From Raillietiella orientalis (taxonomy: Eukaryota), in contig JAYWIR010000018.1 of assembly GCA_036172245.1 (NCBI GenBank), positions 1,116,001 through 1,180,000 of the forward strand: a DNA stretch of 64,000 nucleotides, given 5' to 3'. Position 1 is the first letter of the stretch, and each line of letters begins with the position of its first letter. Under the pieces are notes generated by a model, which ran no database searches, was not told where the DNA came from, and saw nothing but the letters and a program-made list of their open reading frames with translations. This document shows positions 1 to 12,100 of this stretch, one piece after another. Both the position numbers and the translations under genes were made by a program.

Positions 1-822
1 GGTTGCCTATGGGTGTGTACCATGAAATGGGTCCGCAAATTGCCCGGGTCTTCTGATGCCCCGTAAAGCCTCTCCACCTCTGGGGAACGACGCAAGTGCT
101 CAAGGAGTGTATAAAGAGGAACTTGAACCCGAGTTTTCTTCGAGCGCAGGATCGCCGTCTTCCTCGATGGTCACTTTACCGGACGCAGGCGGTCGGTTCG
201 GTTTGCGAGCACCCGCGCTCCGGCGTCGGAAATTTCCTCATCCAACCCGAACTTCCGAAGAGACTATTCCCTCGGAAGCAGGAAAAGGCTTCCTGCAAGC
301 GGTGGCGGTCGAAATCCCCCGAAAAGTTTCGTTTTGTGGCGAAGGAGGCGGCGGTAGGACCGAGGCTCGAATGGCACGCGCAGAGCCAAAACCTCGGTCC
401 CGGAGGCAAGGCGCCATCCGCGCGATGAGCTCGGCAAGACGAAGAATGGGGAACTCCCGTGCCTCAATCGCGAAAGCTCGCTGGAGCCTTTTCCTAAAAG
501 GTTCCGTTCTGCTGCGGTGGCAGCGGAACTGAGGCTCACATGGCGCGCGCGCCGTTTCCAACGCCTCCCGGCGCCACGCGGATGAGACGGCAAATTCCAC
601 GCGCCCGCACGCTCTCTTGGCAACTCTCCTGCCTCATCCCACCCACCCACCCCTTCCGACACGGAGGAGGCGTCCTGATCCTTCCCCGCGGGGCACCACT
701 GCGCAGGGCGCGGGAGGAGGGAGGAAGGGTGGACCTACCGCCACCCCATGCACGGCGGGCATCCGGGGTGGAGGCGCCCGCAGCCGGGGAGGACGACCCC
801 TCCCGTCCTCCCCTCCTCGTAC

Positions 823-1232
823 CTGCTGAAACGTGTTGGTGCCTCGTCCCCAGTAGGCCGTTATGATGCTCCATCAAGTGCTCCCTCAGGAACCTCTCGA
901 CGGTCTCGTAGGAGCCCAGGCGGTGTGCCGCGTGTGCGGAGATGCTCGCGCTCTGGTCCGGTGTCTGCGGGCTGGACTGATTCCCTTGGGACCTCAGAGA
1001 GTGACATTCTATCGCCCCTTTCCTCTCCCTGCAGACTTCCCTCCCCATAGCCCTCATCGGCTCTCTCGACCCTCCTTATTCCTCCTCCGCCCCGCGCCTA
1101 CCTCATTCGGTCGGCAGGTGGTGCGCTGCGAGGCGGTCGGAGGGGATGGCCGCCAGGACGGCCGTCCGCAGAGACAGGCGGAAGTAGCAGCACAGCACAG
1201 AGGGGTAGCGCGCAGACAACGACGAGCTCCAT
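823..1232 (-). CDS. Candidate secreted protein of unknown function, 5' part (exons 1232-1102 and 992-823; later exons unresolved)
   Basis: ATG at 1232 gives MELVVVCALPLCAVLLLPPVSA-DGRPGG..., which looks like a signal peptide. A GTAGGC donor at 1101 and AG acceptor at 993 (109 nt intron) join in phase to ...SQGNQSSPQTPDQSASISAHAAHRLGSYETVERFLREHLMEHHNGLLGTRHQHVSA, followed by a GTACGA donor at 822. No family recognised. Confidence 0.55.
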
Positions 1233-4200
1233 GGCAACACTGCGCCAGGGTGCTCGGGTAGCTGGACGCGGCTACGCCCCTCCCCCATCTCTCGGAAAGG
1301 GGCGGGGCTTAAACGATTCGGTCACCTTCCTCCCCTCCCCTCCGCCGCCTTCCCCCTGCATGCCACCGCCGTTCCTCGCCACTGCCCCGAGAAATTCCTT
1401 GGGTCGCCTCCAAGGTCAGCACCGCCTTCGCCCGCCTCAGGTGGTCTGAGAGATGCACACAGAAAGAAGAGAATAAACATACTCCATCTGCGGGGGCGCG
1501 GTTGAGGGTGAGCATAGCCGCGCTTCCTCGAGAGATGGCGCGCACTCCTCTCTTGCTCCTCCAAGGAGGGAAGCAGCGGAGCCCCTCTCTCCCATCCGTC
1601 CCCGGCTGCCTTCCCCGCTACTGCTGCCGCCTCTCCCGACTGCCGGGGGTTTCGGACTTCCCCGTCCCTCTGAGCGGGCACTCGCCCCCGCTGGTCGAGG
1701 GTGCCGGACCTCATCCATAGGACCGTCGGTTGGTCGGGTCCGGGGAAGAGGATGCTTCGCGCCATTCTCCCTTGGTGGCGCCGTTCTCTCCCTCCAGGTT
1801 CTCTCCTCGAGAGGACCGGAACCCCCCTTCCCAAGATACCCAGGCCACTCGAGTCTCTTGCCACCCTCGGTGACCGGCCGGGTTCACCTTCGTCTCTGGC
1901 TCTGGCCTGGACGGCGCGTATCGGCAGTACGCAAAACAGGAGTGGCTTGGAAGCAGAGCGGAGGTCGCGTGCTGGTTTCTTCCTATCTCATCTGCTGCGG
2001 AAAAACGACGTCGAGAGCGGCCACTGAATCTCTTGAGCCGAGGACCCAACTCCAACTTCTTTTTCTCCCCCTCCCAGGATCTTCGTGCGCTCCTCTCTTC
2101 TGAACATCTAGTGCGCAGAAGGCGCTCCTTGGCGTGCGGCTGGAGTTGGCAAAGAATACTCGAAGACAAGAAAAAAAAACACCCTGGAACCCCGGATCGA
2201 TTCTTTCGCTGCCTGTTTGCTCACGCCCGGTTCGCGCCGCAGAGGCGTCAAACCTCCGGCTGCCCGAACGCGGAAACCACCAGGCACCAAGGAGGACAAA
2301 GCGAAAGGGGAAATCTGGGTCCGGAAAAATCCCTCAAGAGAAGTCGTCAACGGTTGCGCGGTCGCTGCGCACTCCCTCTCGTCGCGAAGTCGGGAAGCAC
2401 AGATGGAACCCTGAGCTTGCTGACACGGGCACCGGCCCGCGACAGCGGGCGTTCCAACGAAAGAATTCCTTCACCCGGTCATGGTGAGGCTTGCCGCAGC
2501 CACCCTTCCCATCGCAGTGCTCAAAGTGCGGCTCGCCTTAGGTGTCTGAGATGTACGCGCAAGCCTTTGCGCTGCGCTTGAAAGGCCTCGTTCTTTGGGC
2601 TGCATTCAAGCTGCACTTCTCCCATCCGAGCACCGTGCAAGGCACAGAACGCAAGCAAATTCTTGGGTTCTTCTTTGAGTCTCTAATTTCCTTTTGACTC
2701 TACAAGAGCAAGGATGGAACTTGTGCGCCCACGAGTGGTCGTTTCTAAAAATACTGAAACAGTAGAAGCGCTTGAGATACTTTTGATTAGTAGGGAAACT
2801 TCTTGCGTGATGGCATTCACAACGATTGTTCTTTCCGACGAACAGCTTCCAGGAATCCTTTCTGACTTGCCTCCTGGACCGTCATCACTTGCTAGTGCTT
2901 AGACTTGTTCGCGGAACAGCTCTCATTAAGCTTCATGCAGACTCAAGGAACCGCTTTCACGCTTATTCTGTTTGCTGACTACCTTACTCCATCTTATTGT
3001 GGCCTCTGGAGCCGGAGTTCACAAATTCGACTTTTCGAAATGGTTTCGAAATCGAATTGTTTTGAATGTGATAAAACAGCTTCCTGGGTAAGCAATTTTC
3101 ACTGCTGACATTCAACTGCCTCGATTTCTGGGGAGTTTAGACTCCTGCTACGACTATTAAATTATTTCTTCGAGTTTGGGAGCCATGAACTTCCTGGCTT
3201 TGCTGACTTCTTTCAAATAGCGCACTGTTTGCCTACTACCTTATCCTGTTTATGTTACCATCTTGCAAGTTGCCAGGTAAGCAAGATCAACTGATGCTTA
3301 TCTGCCTGTCGTCACTTCAGACCTCCTCAAACAAAAAAAAATTAAGTGCCTCCGAGTACTTTCAGCTCTCACCTGTAATCTTGTGCTGAAGTTTATCGGG
3401 TGCTAGCCAAGCCTTTAAAAGTCTCTAAAAGTATTTAACACCGTAATTCATTTTCATTATCAATAACACTGAACATGCATCCTCAAAACAACACTTGATT
3501 TGAACACAGCACTGCTTCATAAGACGGAAAACACTCATGCAAGAATTTGTCATTTCTAATACATGCATAATCAAGTTCCTTAACATGCTGGCACTGCACC
3601 AGTAATCATTCATCAATAATTTAAATGTCGGTGTTCACAAAAATTACAAAGATTTGTTATCCCAGAATTCTTCTCAGATATAACATATTTAAGGGGGGGG
3701 AGGGAAGCTTATGCACCTGAATTTTCTTGCTTTGGTGTTTTTCCGAATTACTTTAGTGTTCTTAGCAGCATGTAGCAATGCAGATCCCCCTAGCATTTTG
3801 ACATTTCTATTTGATCTTTTTCAGCTTTTCGACAGACATTTAGCATTCAGTGGTTGGAAATTCCCGGATCCTTGTTCCATCAATCAGTATCTTTAGGAAT
3901 GGATCTTTAGTGAATCTATGGATTTCTTGTAGTCAAAATGCTCCCGAAACACAATCGCCGCTTTCCTTGACTGTCAGTTCACGTGAGAGTGGCAGCACTG
4001 TGGGAACAGCGAGCACATTTTGGTTAAGATACCCTGGTAACATCGACTGTGCTTTTATCTTGGACCTCGGACTGAGTATACAATAGCGGGAGGGGGGCAG
4101 AAGGGGAGGAGTTCAATCCCAGTGAATGGAAAACGGTTCGGTTGGGGGTTCCTCGCAGCTGATTCTGGGAAGCACGCAGTGAAAGCTGTAGATCAGAACT

Positions 4201-6149
4201 TTGACCACCCTTTAGGTCCCTTCCCAGGAGCCAGATGTGCGCAATAAAAGCATACGCTACTGGAGCTCGAGAGGAAATATTGCCCCAAATTATCTTCAAG
4301 TATCATCTTTATATTCAATCACTTGAAATTATTTTTATTTAAATAAAAAAAAATGTATATGAAATAGAAAACAAGCACGGCTGATTGCTTCTTAACGATT
4401 TACTGATGTGTAAAATATCAACAACATTTAAACAAAATGGCTAATGAACACCCCCTGTTATAACTGGGGGGGGGGGGAACGCACTACACCTGTGTTTGAC
4501 CCTCAGTGTCAATGTTTGATTTTTGCTCCTCTGAGTATCTTCTTTCGTGCTGAAAATATTGCCATTTCATCACTGAGTTTCGGTTAATACTTAGAAACTT
4601 TGTTTCTTAAGTGTTTCTCTGAATCTTACGAAAATGAAAACGTTCGGCTTCCCCAACCGAGGAGTGCATTCATGTATCCCTCAGGATTGTATTCCAAGAT
4701 ACGGGGCACCTTTCAAAGAACTGCTAACCCACCCCGATGAGCACGTGAGCACTCATTTGAGTTCTGAGTTGAGAATGGGCGCCTCAACTTCGAATGGCGG
4801 GGTGCAAATTGCTGGGCCCAAAGCCTGCTAGAAGAATCTGCACAAGCAGAAACAAACCCCGCAAAGCAGACTGGATGTGGGGAACTCTTCTGTTTTTAAG
4901 CACAACACAAATTCACGTGTGCAAGTCAACGCCGCTGAATGATCAAATGATCTTTGGGCAATTCCGGGCAAAAGCCACAGCCGTTTCCCTCCACAGGGGA
5001 AATGAACTTGTGAAATCCAAACAGCTGCCCTGTGGGGGCCTGCTCTCAACGTCAAAACCTGAGAACACAAAACTCTCCTGCTGTACTTTATAATGGGATT
5101 CAAGTGTACAAGGGATTTTAGAGCGTCTAAACAAATATAAAGTTTACAAATGGTGTGCGTTCCGCGTGTGATGGAAAATGTGGTCAAACCCTCAGGGCCG
5201 TCTCCTGGCACGCACCGCAACCTCGCAAGCATTACCACATCTGCAGAGAATGGCTTGGATTTGCAGCACCGGTTGCACAGTCGCTATGAAAGGTGTGAAA
5301 TAAAGTATTTTACCATGAGCGTGATCCGCTGCAGCGACCTTTGGGTTTTCACACAGAAGAATGTGTGAAAATCCAGCCCAAGTTGCATTTCAACGGTTTT
5401 CCTATGAAGTTATTTATGGTGCAATTTTTTCTTCCGATTGTGCTGCAGTACATGAATTCAATGTATACCTGAATGAACTGGCTGTCAGAACACTTACATC
5501 TTTATTCTACTTTTAAAATGATATAACGTAATCACTTTGCTTTCTATTTGGTAATTTAGATCCGTCACTTACGTTTTATATAATTTTATTTTATTGAACT
5601 TTTCTTTGTAAACACATGTATTCATGATAGTTATGATAGATTAGTTAAGTGCACATCTTTAAACATGGGGTTCTCATTTTCACATATAAACAAGCATTCC
5701 TGAAAATGTACTAGCCAAAAAAAAAAAAAAAGATTAGAAATCAGTGTTTTCTAAAGCAGGATCCACTTGACTGTTTTTATTTTGCTGGAGTTTGCACTGT
5801 TCCAGTGTGCACTACTCTGCCCTTAACGATATCTTGGATTACAGAAAATAATTTGCTATTCATTTGGGAAGCACCCTGCATCACATCCTATTACCATTCT
5901 CTGTCTTAATAACTTCACATAATTACACTTAATAATAATATTACTACATTTGAAAACAAAACTTCTTCCAAGGAGCAAGTAATGACAAAAGCAACTGATC
6001 ATGGCAGATTAAGAATGCACTTGAGATTATGAGGAGAATGTAAGGGATGAAAATTCATTTTTCATGGCTTTTTTGTTTTTTGTAATGTCCCAAAACAAAA
6101 AAGTTAGAATGTTGGGGATACACATCAGGGATAATCTGGAGGAAAAAAA

Positions 6150-6928
6150 TTAACATGGCTTTTCAAATCCTGCCTCCATGATCATAGCATCCAAAAGAAC
6201 ATGTTCTTGAGGTAGTAGAAAAGGTTGATGAATCCATGCAGCAACATAAGCTCTTAGTGAATGCTCATCACCAAGATGTGCTATTTCTTGTAGAATGGAC
6301 TTATGTAAATGAAATTCTTTCTGATACATTTGTAGGAGAGTGCATGATGCTTCACCTGTGAATGTGAATTTATAAAAGCAAAACTGTGTGCTCACTGTAT
6401 CAAGTATCAACAAACCGCACCGAACTGCCTGGCTTCCCAAGTGAGAAAGATGATTTGCTTATTTCCTTGTTCAACCTCATGCAATTTTCCAAGAGTGCAA
6501 AGGGATTGCAGTCGTTCTGTGCAGGTTGTCATCTTATCAATCACACATCTCTATGGAACAGTTGTCCCTGATCTCAGTTCCAACATACCAAGTTATCTGT
6601 TGACTCTTGAAGCTTTTCCACAAGTGATTTCAATGAATCTGGCAACAAAATTTCTGGCAAGCATTCCATTTTGCAATTATAAATTCTTTCTAAAGTGCTG
6701 GCTCCTTCTGCAACATGTGTATTCCACTGTTGCACATAGTTATACCATTCTGCAACACGGTCCTTAATTTGACGTTGTATTATTGTTGAGCTGTTACTGG
6801 CCAAGGATTTTGCATTTTCCGAAACTGAATCACAGAATACTGAATTCAGTCATCTTCCTTAACATACCTGATGCTAGAGAAAATCCTTCAGGAAGAATAA
6901 TACCCTTCTTGTTGGTTGATTTGGGCAT
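6150..6928 (-). CDS. CINP: CDK2-interacting protein (CINP) homolog, 4 exons, about 210 aa
   Basis: Exons 6928-6868, 6824-6589, 6550-6421 and 6355-6150 with GT-AG introns of 43, 38 and 65 nt give an open 633 nt CDS. Motifs RQIKDRVAEWYNYVQQW, IFLTWEARQF and MYQKEFHLHKSILQEIAH...AWIHQPF...LDAMIMEAG match my recollection of the CINP family (RKIKDNAADWHN, LFHTW, MYRKELLLK...ELAH...WLHQPY...MLLETG). Confidence 0.9.
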
Positions 6929-7649
6929 AACAGATGAAAAGGAATAAGGCTGTTAAGAAACTTTACTAAGTAAAGAGTTTAAGAAACCATGTATCCTAAT
7001 CAAATGTTCAACCATCCCTTCAGCATGGAACATAATCATCAGGTTTTACCATTGGAGCATACTTTCAACATAAAATGGCATAAAAAAGTTACATTCTCAT
7101 TCAGTCAGATACGTTAGTTTTGTGCTTAACGTAAAGCAGGTATTTCTTAGAGCTCCATTGGTCTGAAAAGGTGGAACCAAGAATGGTGTAAACTTTCAGG
7201 ATGGTCGCTACAACGTACAGTAATTTAATGAACGCGCAAGTTTGAGAATTGCACTTGCATTTTGACCCGTACCAACTTCAAAACCAAATCAGGGCAACCA
7301 AGTTTGTAAAACGCTGAACTGCGTGGGGTGAAATTTCCTGGTTTGCCTAAGATTGTTTGCATTCTATTATTAAAGAAACTGGGTTCCGGCACCCACACCC
7401 ACCCCTCATGTTTTAATAGAGGATTTGATGGAACGAAAATGAATGTGAAATTTATTTCGAATGTACGAATGCACCAGCTGGTTACATCGAACTTTGATTT
7501 TTCAAAATGCTGGGAGTTTTCTGACCTGCCCAGAAATCCGCAGAGTCGATTCTTTGCACTTTGTGGAATCCCACTTCAGTTTTCTACATAGGAATTTTTG
7601 TACCGATAAATCCATCCACTATGGATAGCTTTCTCAATATAGAAACGTC

Positions 7650-8560
7650 CATGAACCTAGAGAAGTTAGGTTTGGGCTTGAAACCAGGATACTGGATGAA
7701 AACCAACAAGCAATTCTCTCCGCTCATTATCGTAATTTAATAATTAATACGGCAGTAAAATACTGATCTATATTGTTTTGGAGCTTTTCCGAAAGGCGCC
7801 CTGGAAACCCCGCATCCAGCAGACAAGGAATGGAATCGAAAGAAAGGAAGATCACAGCAAAATCAATAAAAAGCACGATAAAAAGTAGAGCAGAAACATA
7901 TGCAAGTCTATCAATTAAAAGCAAAGACTGGTAACCTTGAAATAAAGACGGAAACGTGCCTTTTGAGACAGAATAAGGTGTGGCAATGGACAAAAGTCAA
8001 TCCTTGTTGATCACCCGTTTTCAGCCCTCAAAGGAGGGCACTAGGAAAAGAAAAGAGAAGGGTTCCTTTTAAAACGCAAAAGGACTAGTACATGAAAACT
8101 GACCAACAAAACAGGATAGACATAGACGTCATATAGGGAATCAGCAAAGCGAATTCAAAATTTAGAATGAAACCAAGCAATTCTTAAAAAGACAATGGTA
8201 ACTTGATACTATGTTATTTCCGAACGAAGAAAGATCATTTGGCAGGTTTTAAGATGCCTCTTGCTGTAATGAAGAAGCTATGATCAGGATTCACCATGAG
8301 CTACTCCAACAGTTCAACAAGTCATGGACCAGAGGGCCTAGAAAGTAAAAGATTTCTTAATATATCAGAAGTTTGGGAAGTATACAAATCGATAAAATGA
8401 TCGTGATCAACAGGAACACTCAATGGGGGTAATGGCATTTGGTCGTTTGAGATGATTTTCTCGGACAAAAGAAATCTGACCTATCATCTGAAATCAAGAC
8501 TTGCAGTTTTACAAAAATACACCCATGTTCTTAAGAGACAGGCGATTGTAGATACAAGGT
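7650..8560 (+). mobile_element. Heavily decayed RTE-like LINE fragment (RT and post-RT region)
   Basis: Broken motifs in the expected order: PFETE*GV (7959, cf. F.t..GVrQG), SLGSIQID (8370, cf. YLGS.I..D), and AFGRLR / IFSDKRNLTYHLKSRL (8435-8500, frameshifted; cf. AFgrL..iw..r.ls...K.rl). Many stops; boundaries approximate. Confidence 0.45.
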
Positions 8561-10021
8561 GCAACATCAAGCAATTGTGAATGGCGTGTCTATGAGGAAG
8601 TTTTGCACTACTCAATAATCTGAGTAATATTTATCTTTTTCTCCAGTTTCTACTTGCTAATTCCCCAGATTCTCAAGTTTCCTTCAACAACTCCGATAGC
8701 TTATGCAAGTCCTCCAAAGATCATCCGTTGTTAGCAACTTAGAAAAGTTCTTAGAAATCTTTAAACCAGTTGCACTCGATTTCTGGGAGTGTTACATTTT
8801 ACGTGGTTGGTTTTGATTTTTAGGATGTAAAAAGTATATATTTTGCGATGTATTTTCTGAAAGAAGGAGGAATCTATGGAACCAGATCCACATCAGAATA
8901 TCCACTGGCTTTAACTGCAGAGTCAGTAACAGTTTGCACATGGATAGAAGACTCCCTTGTGATTAATTTGTTTTACAACTGACAATGAGAACGAACAAAA
9001 TCATAATTAAGTGAGGGCATAAAATTCTCGAGGGTCTTATCTAATACCTGTGGGTTTAGGTTTTTCCTTCTCCATGCCGAGCTTTCCTTTTTTTTTTTTT
9101 ACTACTGGTGAAAACTCAGGACTAGAATGCTATTACTGCTTGTGCATGTGAATGCGGGAGAGAGAGAAAGGAAAAGGAGGCATTGTGGAATGGGAACACT
9201 GAACGTGTGCATTTTCCAGGATCGTTCTGTGTTTTCCTTTTTTCAATTTTTTGTGGACGCAACCACCAGTCACTATTAAAGATAATGATGGTCTGAATAA
9301 GGGGCATTTTTCGTAAAGCGACGTACTGACTGAGTTGGGAACTCATCAAATTCTTTTGTTTGGAAATTTCAAGATTCTTTGCTAGCAAACCTTTCAATAA
9401 TTTCCAGAAATTTCATTAATTAGTTTTCAGCTCTTAAAACTAGAGGTAAGGAGCTTCCTTAGAGGAACTTTAGAGATTTTTTCGAAATGGCAGGGAATGC
9501 AGGAATCAAAGTCCGGAAAAGATGGCCACATCTTTTCCTCAGAATTCTTGCAATATACCAAAATCAAAGATGTTACATCGTTTCACCAGTTTGGGAGTTT
9601 TCATAAACCTGCTAGCAGTACCTGTGTCGCTCACAGTTTCCATCACAGCTGTTCGCAGATTCTTATTCTTCGAAATAAAAAATGCAGCACCGGAGAAAGA
9701 AAAGCTGCTTCACTTTCGATAACGCAAAATTTCTTTCTGATACTCTGGATTTCTATCGGGATCCTTGATGCCCTTGCTTTTTGGTCGGATGCCGTTTGAG
9801 TGTGTCGAAGTGTGTCGAGCCACTGTCGAAGAGAAAGTCTCCGTCTTTATTGGAAATAACTTTTTTATTTTCCAGACCTGGATTTACATTCGCTTCCTCT
9901 GGAGCTTCTGAATTCTCGTAAATTCCTTCCCTTGGATGGGTTTATTCTGAGAAATCATTTTGTTCTCCACAGCTACTCGCATGTTCGTACGATGGTCGCT
10001 TTCCGTCTTGCCAACCGGAAC

Positions 10022-10530
10022 TCTTTTTTTGCATTCCCCTCGTTTTTCCAAGCGCCCTCAAACGTTGCTTCCGTTTATCGCTGTTCCACGCCACTCGAGG
10101 TTGCCTGTAATTCTCCAAGGTAGTGGGTACCCTGGGGGGGAACACCCTATGAATCCAGGAAGGGTTCCGGGGAAGGGCGTCCGTCCCTCTCAAGCCTGGG
10201 GAGGGATCCTCAGAAGGGAATCCTTCCACCCTGGTTGTCTCCGAAGGGAACCCCAAAGGGAATCTCTTTCCTTTTTCTCTCCGGAGAGACCCCCAAAGGG
10301 GTCCGCTCCATTTTTTCCTCTCCGAAGGGAACCTGCAAGGGAGCCGCTTCTCTCTACTCTTCTGAAGAGAACCCCAACGGAACGCTTCCGAATTTCTCAG
10401 AAGAACATCTCCAAAGGGAGCGGCGTGCTTCTTTGCACTCCGGAGAGGTGTCATCAATCCACCAGCTCCCTGGTACTATTAGGAGGGTCCCCCCTAGGGA
10501 AGGGGAAGGGCGTCGTCCATCCAATGCTCT
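10022..10530 (-). repeat. SINE-like family copy A (5'-truncated, head missing)
   Basis: Shares body blocks with copy D at 40123-40880 (ctatgaatccaggaagg, tctgaagagaacccc, ttgcactc..gagagg, atcaa.ccacc) and has an A-rich end on the minus strand. Confidence 0.75.
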
Positions 10531-11299
10531 GCGTAGTCTTCACGTGCCACTTTAGTAACGAATGCTCGCTGTCATTTTACATGCCATGCCTAGAGCATTA
10601 TTGACCAAAGAAGCATTTTCCGAACCATCTGTACAGTTTTTCTGGAATTTACTGGTACTTGTTGGCCGTGAAAAATTTCTCTCAGATTTCGGAGTATGTA
10701 AAGGCGCTAAGCAAGATGCGATAAAGAGCGAGCACATCGATTAGCTGAATCAACACGTTGCTTGTCTTACAAGACGATTAGCACAAAACAAGAAATGCGT
10801 CTTTGTCGGTCTTTCTACTTTCTGTGTAGCTGTAGCAGGTTGCTGCGGTCCATCCTTACAATTCACGGAAACACAGTTGAATTTGATTTCAGCGTGAAAC
10901 AATTGATTCAATGTTATGAAGGAGAAAAAAAGACCGTCCACCATGATGAGAGAGGGATGAAGCTCTAGTGGAAAAAAATACAGCTTCGTGAAGCTTCAGC
11001 TGGACGTTCAGAGTCATGGATATGTGGCAGCCGAATCCAGCCACTGCATGAGCATATGTGGTGGACACCTTTCAAATGGCCATTTCGAATGGCGGCCCTT
11101 TCTTGTCCCAAAGTCAGGTATTCGGCTATGCGCCTGTTCCTTTAGTCTATTTTTTTCTTCTTCATCTGAGTAGTTCGTTTCATTTGACAGCTACCACGAA
11201 TGAACCTAAGGGACAAGGGATGCACTGTTTTCTGATCGATCAACACGGGAAACTTCCAAGTCCTTCTTGACTTCAGCACTATCTTTTCTGTCCTCTACA

Positions 11300-12100
11300 G
11301 CTGCATCATCTGAGAACACTCCAAATTTAAAAAAAAAAAAAACTTCTGTGATTCCCAGGTTGCTCTTCCTTCAAGTCCCCTTTTCTTGTTTTTCTGTTTA
11401 TTTTACGAGGAAAAGCTATCATATTCGAAGAAGGACATGATCCTCGGTTTGATTGGGCATTTCGACGACATCAGGGCATCCTGAACGTTCATGTTACTTC
11501 TGCCATATTTCATATTACATATCTGCCAGTGTGCACAAGACTGTGCCTTCTTCATTGGTTTATTGCGGGATGAACCATTAGCGGCGTTACCACACAGCCA
11601 TAAGTTTTTACAGCTGTTTAATAGGAACACCAACTTGATCTTCCGCACTTGGATCCTTGTTTAAGGAATTGACCAAGAACCAAGAGTTGCGCTTATTCTG
11701 TTTCACCCTAAATCAAGTATGTGGTGCTCTCGTGTTTTCTCTCCACCACTTGAACTTTTAGAGAGCCATTTCCTCGTCCTTTTAAAACTTTGGGACCGGT
11801 GCATCTTACCAAAGTAGCTACAACTTTAAGTGCTTGAGGATTTGCGACAAACAGAAGAGTGAATCTTGACTTGCTAAGGTGCGTCCATACCAGCTTTTCC
11901 CTCTCCCAAAAGGATGTTCTTTCTTCCATCTCAAGCATTTCCCTGAATACACCTTCCTCTCCCACCTCAGCGTCACGGAGCTTCTGTAGTGGCGATTCCA
12001 TCTGCGGCAATCTTCGTGTCAATGCCTTTGCTTCCGCTGCATGCACGCTATTCGCGCACGGTCCTGTGTCTCCTTAAATTCATCAGTTTAGTCAACATTT
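11300..12100 (-). mobile_element. Possible decayed RTE-like LINE endonuclease remnant
   Basis: Minus-strand fragments SRFTLLFVANPQALKVV and QLLVLGQF resemble, in order, the APE endonuclease motifs R.i..rf...p.nit.iq.YAP and liv.GDFN. Very degenerate. Confidence 0.25.

Noticed and set aside
10195..10450. CRISPR-like array suggested by recurring CCGAAGGGAA motifs
   Set aside because: Repeats are short, degenerate and irregularly spaced, lie inside a eukaryotic interspersed repeat, and no cas genes are present.
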